DNA from: an uncultured Candidatus Binatia bacterium
GTDB taxonomy: Bacteria; Desulfobacterota; Binatia; UBA9968; JAJDTQ01
Length of the DNA: 64,000 nucleotides
Direction: 5' to 3'
Assembly: GCA_965213675.1 (NCBI GenBank)
Contig: OZ243916.1
Span: forward strand, 1,472,001 to 1,536,000
Made by a program: the position numbers and the translations under genes. The notes under the pieces are model-generated. The model searched no databases and was not told where the DNA came from. It saw only the letters and a list, made by a program, of their open reading frames with translations. Shown piece by piece: positions 41,763 to 51,517 of the stretch (position 1 is the stretch's first letter; the number at the start of each line of letters is the position of its first letter).

Positions 41763-42548
41763 CTACATGCCAAAGCCCGTCATCCCCTGCTCATCCTCGC
41801 CAATGCTCCACGGGATCAGCCAGATCTCCAGCAGCACCAGAACGCCGTAAAGGACCAGACCCAGGGCCGACAGCACGACGAGAGCCGCGAACATGAACGG
41901 CGTATTGACCTCGTAGTTGGCGACCATGACCAGGTACCCGAGGCCGGTGTTGCCACCCACGAACTCGCCGATGATGGCGCCGATGACCGCCAGCGTGATG
42001 GCGATCTTGAGGCCGCCGAAAAACTGCGGCAACGCGTTCGGCAGCCGGACCTTGGTGAAGATCTGCCAGTTCGAGGCCTGGAGCGACTTGACGAGGTCCA
42101 GCATCTCGGGCTGCACCATGCGCATACCCTGGACCGTGGTGACGATGATGGGGAACCATGAGACCAGGAACGCGATGAGCACCTTGGACATCTCGCCGTA
42201 ACCCACCCAGATCAGCAGCAGCGGCGCGATGGCCACCTTGGGAACGATCTGGGCCACGAGGATCAGCGGGTAGAGAAGATTCTGAAGCAACCGGGAGTAG
42301 ACGATCATGACGGCGGAGACCACCCCCAGCACGAGCCCCATGAGAAACCCGTAGATGGTTTCCCGGAAGGTCACGAGGCAGTTCTGCATGAGGGGAAGGA
42401 ACTTTTCGTGGATGGTCAGGGCCACCACCGACGGCGCGGGCAGCAGAAACTCGGAAACCGACAACAACCTCACCGACACCTCCCAAAGCAGCGTGAAGAG
42501 GATGAGACTGAAGGCGATGGTGCCAATCTCCTTGAAACGTTCGACCAT
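41763..42548 (-). CDS. NitT/TauT ABC permease
   Basis: LPAPS, PKVAIAPL, AIIGEF..GLG; start at MVERFK. Confidence 0.92.
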   Translation of the reverse strand: MVERFKEIGTIAFSLILFTLLWEVSVRLLSVSEFLLPAPSVVALTIHEKFLPLMQNCLVTFRETIYGFLMGLVLGVVSAVMIVYSRLLQNLLYPLILVAQIVPKVAIAPLLLIWVGYGEMSKVLIAFLVSWFPIIVTTVQGMRMVQPEMLDLVKSLQASNWQIFTKVRLPNALPQFFGGLKIAITLAVIGAIIGEFVGGNTGLGYLVMVANYEVNTPFMFAALVVLSALGLVLYGVLVLLEIWLIPWSIGEDEQGMTGFGM

Positions 42549-42854
42549 GCTTGTCCTCGCTCTTGCCCTCGACCTTTCCCTCACGCGACCGTGGGTCCCC
42601 GGGCAGGCCCTCGGAACCGGGTTCAGGACGCTTCATAACACAAGCTCGCGCTCACACAACCCCCGAGTCATGTCCAATGAAGGACTCAATGACAAAGGAG
42701 CCTGAAAGGCTGTGGGAATCCAGCAAAAAATGCGTTTGAATTCCAGGGATGCGTGTGCCGCGAATTCGTGCGACAAGTGGCGCAGGAATTGCCATTCGCC
42801 GGATTTGTCGTTAGCCGTAAGGGAACAGCGCATCTTCTTGGGAAAGGACCCGGC

Positions 42855-43079
42855 ATGGCGGACAAGGTGCTGATCTTCGGGCACGACTTCTGACCCTACA
42901 CGTCGAGTGCCCGTGCGGACTACTCGGACCGAAACTACACCGTCGCTTACGTCAATGTGCAGGAAGACGAAGACGGCCTCAGGCGCATGCTCGCCCTGAA
43001 TGAAGGCAACCGGGACATCCCGGTGATCGTGGAGGGAGACAGGGTCACCGTCGGATTCGGTGGGAGCTGAGCCGTGTAG
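42855..43079 (+). CDS. Glutaredoxin-like UXX-star selenoprotein with two Sec codons
   Basis: AAGGA RBS; MADKVLIFGHDF-U-PYTSSAR...RDIPVIVEGDRVTVGFGGS-U-AV*; UGA at 42891 and 43068, each followed by a hairpin about 10 nt downstream. Confidence 0.85.
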
Positions 43080-43158
43080 CGGCCGCGGTCGCGGCCCCGG
43101 AATGAACAGCCCGGAAGCCTTCAGCAACCTTCAGGAGCGCGCGCATGCAACCGTCACG

Positions 43159-45018
43159 ATGAAACTGTTCAGATTTCGTCCCGAGCGCCGCGCGCAGTTG
43201 TACGTGTTCGTACGCGCCGCTCTCCAAACCGCCTGCTGCCTGGCGGTCGCCGCTTGCGCGGTGCCGGAGCCTCCGGCGCCCTCCGTCGTGCCAGCGCCCG
43301 AACTCGCAGTGGCCTACGAAGTCGTCCTGGAAGGCTCGCCGTCGGACAAGATCCGGGAACTCGCGGGCCGCACCCTCATGACCTACCGGTTCAAGGACGA
43401 CGGCGCCCCCAGCGCGCACTTCCTCCTGCGCCGCGCCCAGGAGGACGAGGCCAGACTGGTTGCGATCCTGCACTCGCAGGGCCATTACACAGCGTCGGCG
43501 AAGGCGCGCGTGGAAGCGCCGGCGGGACGCGCCACCGTGACCTTTTCCATCGAAGCCGGACCCGTGTTCACGCTGGCGGAGCACGTATTCCTTCTGGAAG
43601 GCGGCGGCACGGGGGAGGCAATCGCGCTGGACGCGCGGGAGATGGGCTCTCCGCTGGGCGGCGCAGCCCTGTCGGCCCGAATCGTGGACGCGGAGCGGGC
43701 CGCGGTGGAGACGCTCCATCGCCGGGGGTTCCCCTACGCGGCCTTCGTCAAGCGATCGGGATCCGCCAAGCCGGCGACAAACACCCTGACGGTGACGAGC
43801 GCCATCGCCACCGGGCCGGCTTGCCTGTTCGGGCCGGTGACCTTCACGGGCCTGGAATCCGTTACGGAGGACTACGTCCTTACGTATCTGCCGTGGAAAC
43901 CCGGACAATCCGTGGACGCCGATGCGCTCACGGAATACCAGCGCCGCCTGGCGTCCACCGAACTCTTCAAATCGGTCTCGGTGGACATTCCCGCGGCCCC
44001 GCCCGGCGACCGGGGAACAGCCGTGTTGCCCGTGCAAGTGGTTCTTGAAGAGGGCGTGAGGCGGCGCATCGCGGGCGGTTTGCGCTACGACACCGACGCC
44101 GGGCCATCCGCGCAGGCCAGCTTCCGCCACCGGAACATCTTCGGGGCCAACGAGATGCTGCTCCTCTCGGGAGAGGGGGGGCGTGTGGAACAGAGCCTGG
44201 AAGTGGAGTTGCGCAAGCCTCAATACCTCCGTCCGGGCCAGGAGTTGCGCACCAGCCTGAGCGTGGAGCAAAAGGACGAAGAGGCCTTCGAGGCGCTCAC
44301 CGGCATCGGTTTCCTGGGGCTCTCGCGGCGACTGGACCGCAAGTGGGAGATAGGCGGCGGCGGCGAACTGGAACTCGGCACGGTGCGAGACGCCGGCGAC
44401 GACGTGGAGACCCGGCTGATTGCCGCGCCGGTGTTCGCCATCTACGACAGTACCGGCGACCTTCTCGATCCCAAGAGGGGCAGGCGCTTCCGGCTGGATG
44501 CCGTGCCGCACGCGGGGCTCCTCGACAAGTCGTGGACGTCTTTCCTCACCCTCGACGCCACCGCGTCCGCCTATTCCCGCCTCGGCGGGGACGCCCGCTA
44601 CGTGGCGGCGGCGCGGGGGCGCGGCGCATTGATCGTTTCCGAGGGGCTCCACTCGGTGCCGGCGAACCGGCGGCTGTATGCCGGGGGCGGCGAATCCATC
44701 CGGGGCTACGGGCGTTACACCATCGGACCGCTCGACGACGACCACAAGCCCGTGGGAGGCCGCATGGCGCTGGAGGCCGATGGCGAGTTGCGCTGGCGCC
44801 TCACCGACAGCTTCGGCACCGTCGGCTTTCTCGCCGCGGGCGCGGTTTCCCGGAACGTCAGCGGCCATGTCTTCGACGACGTCCTGTGGGCCGCCGGCCT
44901 CGGCCTCCGCTACTTCTCCGCCGCCGGCCCCATCCGGCTCGACGTCGCCGTCCCCCTGAACGCACGGCCCGTGGACGATGACTTTCATCTCTATCTTTCC
45001 ATGGGACAGGCTTTCTGA
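43159..45018 (+). CDS. tamA: TamA/Omp85 outer-membrane protein
   Basis: POTRA-like N-terminus; RLYAGGGESIRGY; GLRY..GPIRLDVA..MGQAF; start uncertain. Confidence 0.9.
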   Translation: MKLFRFRPERRAQLYVFVRAALQTACCLAVAACAVPEPPAPSVVPAPELAVAYEVVLEGSPSDKIRELAGRTLMTYRFKDDGAPSAHFLLRRAQEDEARLVAILHSQGHYTASAKARVEAPAGRATVTFSIEAGPVFTLAEHVFLLEGGGTGEAIALDAREMGSPLGGAALSARIVDAERAAVETLHRRGFPYAAFVKRSGSAKPATNTLTVTSAIATGPACLFGPVTFTGLESVTEDYVLTYLPWKPGQSVDADALTEYQRRLASTELFKSVSVDIPAAPPGDRGTAVLPVQVVLEEGVRRRIAGGLRYDTDAGPSAQASFRHRNIFGANEMLLLSGEGGRVEQSLEVELRKPQYLRPGQELRTSLSVEQKDEEAFEALTGIGFLGLSRRLDRKWEIGGGGELELGTVRDAGDDVETRLIAAPVFAIYDSTGDLLDPKRGRRFRLDAVPHAGLLDKSWTSFLTLDATASAYSRLGGDARYVAAARGRGALIVSEGLHSVPANRRLYAGGGESIRGYGRYTIGPLDDDHKPVGGRMALEADGELRWRLTDSFGTVGFLAAGAVSRNVSGHVFDDVLWAAGLGLRYFSAAGPIRLDVAVPLNARPVDDDFHLYLSMGQAF

Positions 45019-47600
45019 TGCGCCGCGTTCTGTGGATAGCCGTTCTCCTGGCAGGCCTCCTGTGGCCGTGCGCCGGCCCGCAGGCACAGATTCAGTTTCA
45101 CACCATCCGGAACAAGCTCATCCGGCTGGCACTGGACCAGATCAGCTCGCCGGGCTCGTTCGAGATACAGGCGCATTCCATCGAGGGCGGCGACGACGGC
45201 CTGACCAGTCTCGTGGGCGTGGAGGTCTCGGACGGCACGGGCGTGTGGATGGACATTGAGCGCGTGAACTTCGCATGGGAACCCCAGAAGCTCCTCGACG
45301 GCGAGTTGGCCATCCGGCGCCTGGAGTTCGTCGGCGTCAACGTGACGCGCAAGCCGTCCGAACGCGCCGAGTTGCCGCGGTTGAAGCCCCAGCCCCGCTG
45401 GCGGCGCGGCCCGTTTGACTGGCCGCGGGCACCCATCGCGCTTTCGCTCGAAGGAATCCGGCTCCAGCGCGTGTCCATCGCCAAGGGCGTGCTGCCGCAG
45501 CCCATCCGGTTCGACGCGGAAGGACGGGCGTCGGACAAGGACGACCTTCAGGAGATCATGCTGCGCCTGCGCCGCACGGACGCGGTGGAAGGGCAAATTG
45601 CCCTGCGGCTCCGGCGCGACTTTGCCGCGCGCACGGCGCGCCTCCACGCCGTCGCCGAGGAGGCGGCCGGCGGCATGGTTGCGGCGCTGACGGGCTTGCC
45701 GAAAGACGCCCCTACCCGTCTCGTGCTCAGCGCGGACGGACCGCCGGAGGACTGGCGCCTCCATTTCGACGCAACCGCCAAGGGAACCTTCGCCGCCGAG
45801 GGCCGCGCCACCGTTTCGCATACCGGCGGAGAGGAGATCAAGGTCGTCGTGGATTCGGTGGACGCCCGGTTCGCGTCCGAGACGGTCCGGCTCGGGAAAC
45901 CGATGAACGTGCGCGTCGGTATCGACGGGTTCGAGGTCTCCGGGTTCGACCTGAGGCCCGGGTCTGGCGGCGCCATCACCGGAACCCTTCGCGGTACGGA
46001 GAAGGGACTGGCCGGCCGCCTGTCCGCAAAGAACTTGTCCATGGCCGCGGCGAGCAGGCTGGCGGGCACGCCCGCCATCACCGGAACCCTGGACCTCGAC
46101 GCCGCTTTCGACACGCAACCACCCAAGCCGAACGCGCGCGTCAAGGCCCGTGGCCGGGATGTCGTCTTCGTGGGATTCGAGGATGGCGGCGTCACCCAGG
46201 TGGACCTGGATGGAGCCTGGGACGGCGCGCAACTGACGACGTGGTCGGAGATCAGAGGCGCCTTCGACACGCCGGTGCGCGCGCGGCTCGCCATGGCCGC
46301 CGGCGCCGGCGAGAACGGCCTGCCCATATTCTCCAGGGACGCGGAACTGAAGGGTTCCCTGACCTGGCGCGGCCGCCTCGAACGAATATGGGCGCTCGTT
46401 CCAACCACGCGGCACCAGTTCGATGGCGCCGTGGACATCGACGTCCATGTCGCCGGTTCCCTGGCGACGCCGCGGCTTTCCGGGCACGGCAGCGTCACCG
46501 GCGGGGAATACCGCAGCGTGGACGCGGGCACGGTGCTGACGGATCTCGCGATTCAGGCCCAGCTCGCGGGCAACGACCGCATCGGCCTGACCGCGGCGGC
46601 GTCGGATCAGGGCGACGGCAAGCTCAACGCCAGCGGCGCGATCCACTTGGGACGCAGCGTGGACCTGAATCTCCGCATCGACGAAGCCACACTGATTCGC
46701 CGTGACGACCTCACCGCGCGCCTGAGCGGCGCCGCGGCGCTCAACGGCACCTTCGAGCACCTGGCGCTAAGCGGCGACCTGGAGGTGGACCGGGCCGAGT
46801 ACCGCCTTGAAGACGCAACGCCCCGCGAAGTGGTGGAGCTTGAGGGCATCCGCATCGAGGGGGCGCCCGAGGATACGCAAAAGGACGCGCCGGCGGTCCT
46901 GTCCCTGGACCTCAGGCTGCGAGCCGGTCGCCGGGTGTTCATCAGGGGACGCGGCGTCGATTCCGAATGGAGCATGGCACTGAGGACCACGGGAACGCCT
47001 ACGGCGCCCATGCTCGCGGGCACGCTTCAGAGGGTGCGCGGCGAGCTCGAGTTCCTTGGCAAACCCTTCGACCTGGTGCAGGGCCAGATCATTTTCGACC
47101 AGGGCCGCGAGCTGGAACCCCGGATCGACGTGAGACTGGAGCGAAGCGCGAACACGCATCAAGGGGGACTCCACCTGAGCGGCCGCGCCACGAAGCCGAG
47201 GATCCGGTTCGTCTCACAGTCGGGACTGCCCGAGGAGGAGGTGATGCCGCAGCTCCTGTTCGGCGCCTCCCGGCAGTCGCTCACCGTGGCGCAGGCGATC
47301 CAGCTCTCCGTCGCTCTCGCCAACCTGTTCGGCGAAGGCGTCGTCTTCGGGCTGCAGGAGAACCTGCGCACGGCGGCGCGGCTCGACAACCTGCAACTGT
47401 CGGGCACGGACGCCGACTCCGTGTCCGTGACCCTTGGCAAGAACCTCGGCGATGTCTTCGTAGGCGCCAGACAGAGCCTTCTCGGCAGACGATCCTCCAT
47501 CGTGGTCGAGTTCGAAGTTTCCGACAACGTGCTGCTGGACAGCGAATTCACCCACGAACGGGGTTCGAACATCGGTGTCCAATGGCACATGGACTTCTGA
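45018..47600 (+). CDS. tamB: TamB translocation/assembly module protein
   Basis: Coupled to tamA; DUF490-like C-terminus (RGRGVDSEW..LPEEEVMPQLLFG..WHMDF). Confidence 0.85.
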   Translation: MRRVLWIAVLLAGLLWPCAGPQAQIQFHTIRNKLIRLALDQISSPGSFEIQAHSIEGGDDGLTSLVGVEVSDGTGVWMDIERVNFAWEPQKLLDGELAIRRLEFVGVNVTRKPSERAELPRLKPQPRWRRGPFDWPRAPIALSLEGIRLQRVSIAKGVLPQPIRFDAEGRASDKDDLQEIMLRLRRTDAVEGQIALRLRRDFAARTARLHAVAEEAAGGMVAALTGLPKDAPTRLVLSADGPPEDWRLHFDATAKGTFAAEGRATVSHTGGEEIKVVVDSVDARFASETVRLGKPMNVRVGIDGFEVSGFDLRPGSGGAITGTLRGTEKGLAGRLSAKNLSMAAASRLAGTPAITGTLDLDAAFDTQPPKPNARVKARGRDVVFVGFEDGGVTQVDLDGAWDGAQLTTWSEIRGAFDTPVRARLAMAAGAGENGLPIFSRDAELKGSLTWRGRLERIWALVPTTRHQFDGAVDIDVHVAGSLATPRLSGHGSVTGGEYRSVDAGTVLTDLAIQAQLAGNDRIGLTAAASDQGDGKLNASGAIHLGRSVDLNLRIDEATLIRRDDLTARLSGAAALNGTFEHLALSGDLEVDRAEYRLEDATPREVVELEGIRIEGAPEDTQKDAPAVLSLDLRLRAGRRVFIRGRGVDSEWSMALRTTGTPTAPMLAGTLQRVRGELEFLGKPFDLVQGQIIFDQGRELEPRIDVRLERSANTHQGGLHLSGRATKPRIRFVSQSGLPEEEVMPQLLFGASRQSLTVAQAIQLSVALANLFGEGVVFGLQENLRTAARLDNLQLSGTDADSVSVTLGKNLGDVFVGARQSLLGRRSSIVVEFEVSDNVLLDSEFTHERGSNIGVQWHMDF

Positions 47601-47735
47601 CTCCGCCCATTGCCAGCGCTTCGCCCCCCGCACCGTGGCCGGCGCCGCCAGAATAAATTGACTTGCGTCAGCCTCTTCGGATATTCTCCACCCCGACAGC
47701 CAGACCGTTTTACCGGAACCGTTCGGAGGTGAACG

Positions 47736-48698
47736 ATGATCAAGCACGTCGTTCTCGTCAAGCTGAAGCCCGAGGCGTCCCCCCAGCAGATCGGCCGCAT
47801 GATCGCCGGCTACAATTCCATGAAGGACTCCATCCCGGACCTGCTGGGTTGGTCCATGGGGCCGAACCTGCGCCGCGACGGTGACTACGACTTTGCCATG
47901 GTCGCCGTTTGCGAGGACGCGGAGAGCCTGCAGCGCTACGTCGACCATCCGCTGCACCGGCAGGTGGCAACGGAATTGGGGCGGCCCCTTTTCGAGAGAC
48001 GCGAGATCGCGGATTTCGAGTTCGATCCCGAAGAGGAGATGTGGGAACCGCAGGTGCAGGAAGTATGGACCGAACTGTCGGACACGGTGAAGCCCGCGCA
48101 CACGGCCTTGGTGGTCATCGACGTGCAGAACGATTTCTGCGCTCCCGGGGGCGCGCGCATGAAGGGAGACCTGAGCTTCGTCGAGGCCATGCGCGAGCCC
48201 CTGCGGCTCATGGTGGATGCGGCCCGGGCCGCCGGCATTCCGGTCATCTACACACAGACTTCCAACGACAACGAGCACGACAACGGCCCGATCCTGGCGC
48301 GGCGCGCCCGGGTGGGGCTGGCCAACGCCAAATATACCGTGCCTGGAACCCCGGGATGGGATGTCTGCGACTTCGTCGCCCCGGCTCCCGGCGACGTCCG
48401 CATCAAGAAGTGGCACCACAGCGGCTTCACCAATCCCAGGATGGACGCCACCCTGGAGCGATTCGGCATCAAGACGCTGCTCTTCACCGGCGCCGCCACC
48501 AACGGCTGCGTCGAGGCCACCGTGCGGGACGCCTTTGCCCGTGGCTACTACAACGTGGTGCTGGAGGACTGCGTGGCCGCCTACGACGCCGAACTGCAGC
48601 GTTATTCGCTCAAGAACATGGCCACGCATTTCGCGCTGGTGAGCACCAGCCGCGAGGTGCAGCGCGCCTGGGCGGAGCAAGGCGCGCTGGCAGGGTAG
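47736..48698 (+). CDS. Dabb (stress A/B barrel) - isochorismatase/cysteine hydrolase fusion
   Basis: MIKHVVLVKLK..YVDHPLH; then VIDVQNDF, KKWHHSGF, TNGCVEAT (D-K-C triad). Confidence 0.85.
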   Translation: MIKHVVLVKLKPEASPQQIGRMIAGYNSMKDSIPDLLGWSMGPNLRRDGDYDFAMVAVCEDAESLQRYVDHPLHRQVATELGRPLFERREIADFEFDPEEEMWEPQVQEVWTELSDTVKPAHTALVVIDVQNDFCAPGGARMKGDLSFVEAMREPLRLMVDAARAAGIPVIYTQTSNDNEHDNGPILARRARVGLANAKYTVPGTPGWDVCDFVAPAPGDVRIKKWHHSGFTNPRMDATLERFGIKTLLFTGAATNGCVEATVRDAFARGYYNVVLEDCVAAYDAELQRYSLKNMATHFALVSTSREVQRAWAEQGALAG

Positions 48699-48789
48699 CA
48701 GCCGTCCGAGGCATTGGATTGTCACAATGGCAGGGGTGACCGGCGGTCCCCCTTGCCGGAATCAACCTCAACCTTCAAGGAGACCCGAC

Positions 48790-49623
48790 ATGGCCACAGC
48801 AACTGCCGAGAACCTCGAAGATGTCGTCGAAGCGACATTCCACTACATGGTCCACAGCGGTCCCAGGCCCGTCTCCGATTTCAACACGCCCAGCCTGGGA
48901 TTTCCGCGGGGCGAACGGCAGTACGAGGCGCATCCGGCGCTGGTTCGGAACGGCCGCCAGTGTCCGGACATCGCCATTGAGCACCACGGCTTCGCCCTGC
49001 GCCCGATGCCCACGAAGATGACCGACTTCTTCGACGAGGACGAGATTCGGGCGGTCTACTACCCGGAGATCGAGGCGCTCATCAAGGAGAGCACCGGCGC
49101 GTACCGGGTGCTGATCTTCGACCACACCCTGCGTTCCGGCGACGAGGCCACCCGGGAAGCCAGGGGCGTCAAGGGGCCGGTCCAGAGCGTGCACAACGAC
49201 TACACCGAGTGGTCCGGGCCGGAGCGGGTGCGAGACCTCCTGCCGGACGAAGCCGAGGACCTGTTCAAACGCCGCTTCGCGGTGGTGCAGGTGTGGCGCG
49301 GCATGCTCAACCCGGTGGTGCGCTCACCCCTGGCCATGTGCGACGCCCAGAGCATCGCCACCGAGGACCTCATCCCCACCGTGCGCCCGCATTCCAACCG
49401 GCTCGGTGAGACCTATCACCTGACGTACAACCCGGCGCACCGCTTCTACTACTTCCCCGAGATGCAGCCGGACGAGGCCATTGTCTTCAAGTGCTACGAC
49501 TCCAAGACGGACGGCCGCGCGCGCTTCTCCGCGCACTCCGCCTTTGAGCACCCCGGCACCCCGGCGGACGCGCCGCCGCGACAGAGCATCGAGATGCGCA
49601 CGCTGGCGTTTTTCGACGATTAA
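48790..49623 (+). CDS. CmcJ/NvfI/AsaB-family oxidoreductase
   Basis: HGF, YYPE, FDHTLR, VHNDYT, PLAMCDA, HSAF, RQSIEMR; AAGGAG RBS. Confidence 0.85.
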   Translation: MATATAENLEDVVEATFHYMVHSGPRPVSDFNTPSLGFPRGERQYEAHPALVRNGRQCPDIAIEHHGFALRPMPTKMTDFFDEDEIRAVYYPEIEALIKESTGAYRVLIFDHTLRSGDEATREARGVKGPVQSVHNDYTEWSGPERVRDLLPDEAEDLFKRRFAVVQVWRGMLNPVVRSPLAMCDAQSIATEDLIPTVRPHSNRLGETYHLTYNPAHRFYYFPEMQPDEAIVFKCYDSKTDGRARFSAHSAFEHPGTPADAPPRQSIEMRTLAFFDD

Positions 49624-49678
49624 CCCGCAATGTTGCAAAAAGTTCGTCGAGGTTGATTCGAAACACGGCCTGCGAAGC

Positions 49679-49797
49679 GTCATTGGCGTGAAAGCTTGCC
49701 CTCGACCCCGATCGGGGGCGGGAATCCAGGCGGGGCGGGGGCGGGGACACCGCCAGTGGGGTCCCTCTCTCTGGATTCCCGCCTTCGCGGGAATGAC
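49679..49797. repeat. REP doublet (REPIN-like)
   Basis: ..GGGAATCCAG and CTGGATTCCCGCCTTCGCGGGAATGAC inverted; left arm carries a CCCCGATCGGGG insert. Confidence 0.75.
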
Positions 49798-50060
49798 GCT
49801 TCGTAAAACTTCCCATGACCCTACTCTGCCGCTCAACCTCACCTACAGCGACATTCCCCAACAACCCCCTACCTGCAAATCCCATCCCACTTGCCTCCCC
49901 ATCCTCTCCTCGCCTCCAGCTTCCGCAACATTGGGGTAACGGCTCGGGAAGAATCGGATCAGGGGCTGCCAAGCAAGGATGGCGCCCTTCGGCATCCTGT
50001 CAAGGGGCACGGTCAACCTGACCCACACCGGTCTGTACACCCGCCGTGGGGCCGCCCGCG

Positions 50061-50441
50061 TCAGGACTCGTCGTCGAAGCCGCGCTTGAAGCGCCGCCGC
50101 CAGTAGGCGTCCAGCGCCTCGTACAGGCCAGGGTCCGCCCTCTTGTTCTTGACGAACCAGTCGCCGAGGATGTCGATGCTGTGATCCACGTCCACCACCG
50201 GGTTGGATGCGAACAGCACCATCTGGGCCAACGCCTTGCGGCTGGCGTTCTTCTCCAGCGCGTTCCCCAACCCGATGAGAAACACGTCCCGTTCATTCTC
50301 CCGAAGGCGGTTGTAGAGGCTCCATAGCACGGACGCGGCGCCGTAACGCTCCACATCGGCGGCGGTCTCAGGGTCGAGCCCCAGGGTGATGCGGACGATC
50401 AGGCGCTCGTAGCCCCTTATGTCGTAGTAGTCGTGCGGCAT
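50061..50441 (-). CDS. Hypothetical protein
   Basis: 126-aa ORF with coding-like GC3 bias; no family recognised. Confidence 0.55.
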   Translation of the reverse strand: MPHDYYDIRGYERLIVRITLGLDPETAADVERYGAASVLWSLYNRLRENERDVFLIGLGNALEKNASRKALAQMVLFASNPVVDVDHSIDILGDWFVKNKRADPGLYEALDAYWRRRFKRGFDDES

Positions 50442-50534
50442 TGCCGTTGATTTCGGGATGCGCCAGCGCCCCGATCATCATCCCTGCCCCCGCCGTCATT
50501 CCCGCGGGCTCGCTGCCATTCCCTCTGTCCCTCC

Positions 50535-50823
50535 GTGATTCCCACCACCCCTGCGTCATTCCCACCACCCCTGCGTCATTCCCACCACCCCCGTCATTCC
50601 CACCACCCCTGCGTCATTCCCACCACCCCTGCGTCATTCCCACCACCCCTGCGTCATTCCCACCACCCCTGCGTCACTCCCACCACCCCTGCGTCACTCC
50701 CACCACCCTGCGTCACTCCCACCACCCTGCGTCATTCCCACCACCCCTGCGTCACTCCCACCACCCTGCGTCACTCCCACCACCCTGCGTCACTCCCACC
50801 ACCCTGCGTCACTCCCACCGACT
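50535..50823 (+). repeat. Minisatellite, ~15 x 18-20 nt GTCAYTCCCACCACCC(C)TGC
   Basis: Directly visible tandem units without spacers. Confidence 0.95.
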
Positions 50824-50919
50824 GTCATTCCCGCGAAAGCGGGAATCCAGGTGGGGTTGGGCGGGGAAGCACGTCCGTTTGCCCCTCCGCCCCTGGATTC
50901 CCGCTTTCGCGGGAATGAC
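50824..50919. repeat. REP doublet (perfect IR)
   Basis: GTCATTCCCGCGAAAGCGGGAATCCAG...CTGGATTCCCGCTTTCGCGGGAATGAC. Confidence 0.9.
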
Positions 50920-51150
50920 AGTCGGTGGGAGTGAGACAGTCGGGGGAAGTGAGAAGGACGGGGGAAGTGAGAAGGACGGCGGTAGTGAAAGGACAGCGGG
51001 AGTGAGAAGGACGGCGGGAGTGAAAGGACAGCGGGAGTGAAAAGGACAGCGGGAGTGAAAAGGACAGCGGGAGTGAAAGGACAACGGTAGTAAAAGGACA
51101 GCGGCGGTGGAAGGACAGCGGGAGTGAAACGGACGGTGGGGTTGGAAGGA
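50920..51150 (+). repeat. Minisatellite, ~13 x 17-18 nt GCGGGAGTGAAA(A)GGACA
   Basis: Degenerate tandem units. Confidence 0.88.
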
Positions 51151-51196
51151 CGGCGGGGGGCATGGCGGATTCGAAGTGTTGAAGGCCGAGGGGCTC

Positions 51197-51355
51197 GTGT
51201 CGTGTCCCCTAAATTCCTGCGACAAGTTGCGCAGGATTTCTTGCTGTCGGCAGGGCGCGATGACGAGCAGTGGCGGGCGCCACGCGAGGAAGAACAACGC
51301 AGCCGACAGCGAAATAGACCCGCAAGTTATCGCAGGAATTTACGGGACACGACAC
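51197..51355 (+). mobile_element. MITE-like family A copy 3
   Basis: IR GTGTCGTGTCCCcTAAATTCCTGCGA/TCGCAGGAATTTAcGGGACACGACAC; shared core. Confidence 0.8.
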
Positions 51356-51357
51356 TA

Positions 51358-51515
51358 GGAGCGTGTCCGAGTATTCGCGTCCTGAACCACGGATAACGCT
51401 GTAGCATATTGAGAACATTGAACTTTTTGAACTCGATCCGACTTGCTTGGATTACTCAAAAGTCAATGACATCAACAAGTTGGCCATATGGGACGGGAAT
51501 ACTCGGACAAGCTCC
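51358..51515. mobile_element. ~158-bp AT-rich hairpin MITE-like element, family C
   Basis: IR GGAGCgTGTCCGAGTATTCgCGTCC/GGACGgGAATACTCGGACAaGCTCC; inner pairings CATTGA/TCAATG and TTTTGA/TCAAAA. Confidence 0.72.
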
Positions 51516-51517
51516 CA

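Noticed and set aside
42590-42850. TPP riboswitch upstream of the NMT1-like ABC operon
   Set aside because: No CTGAGA/ACCTGA core on the relevant strand.
50535-51150. CRISPR array
   Set aside because: Units are contiguous with no unique spacers, and no cas genes are present. The Pro/His-rich ORFs over it are repeat artefacts.
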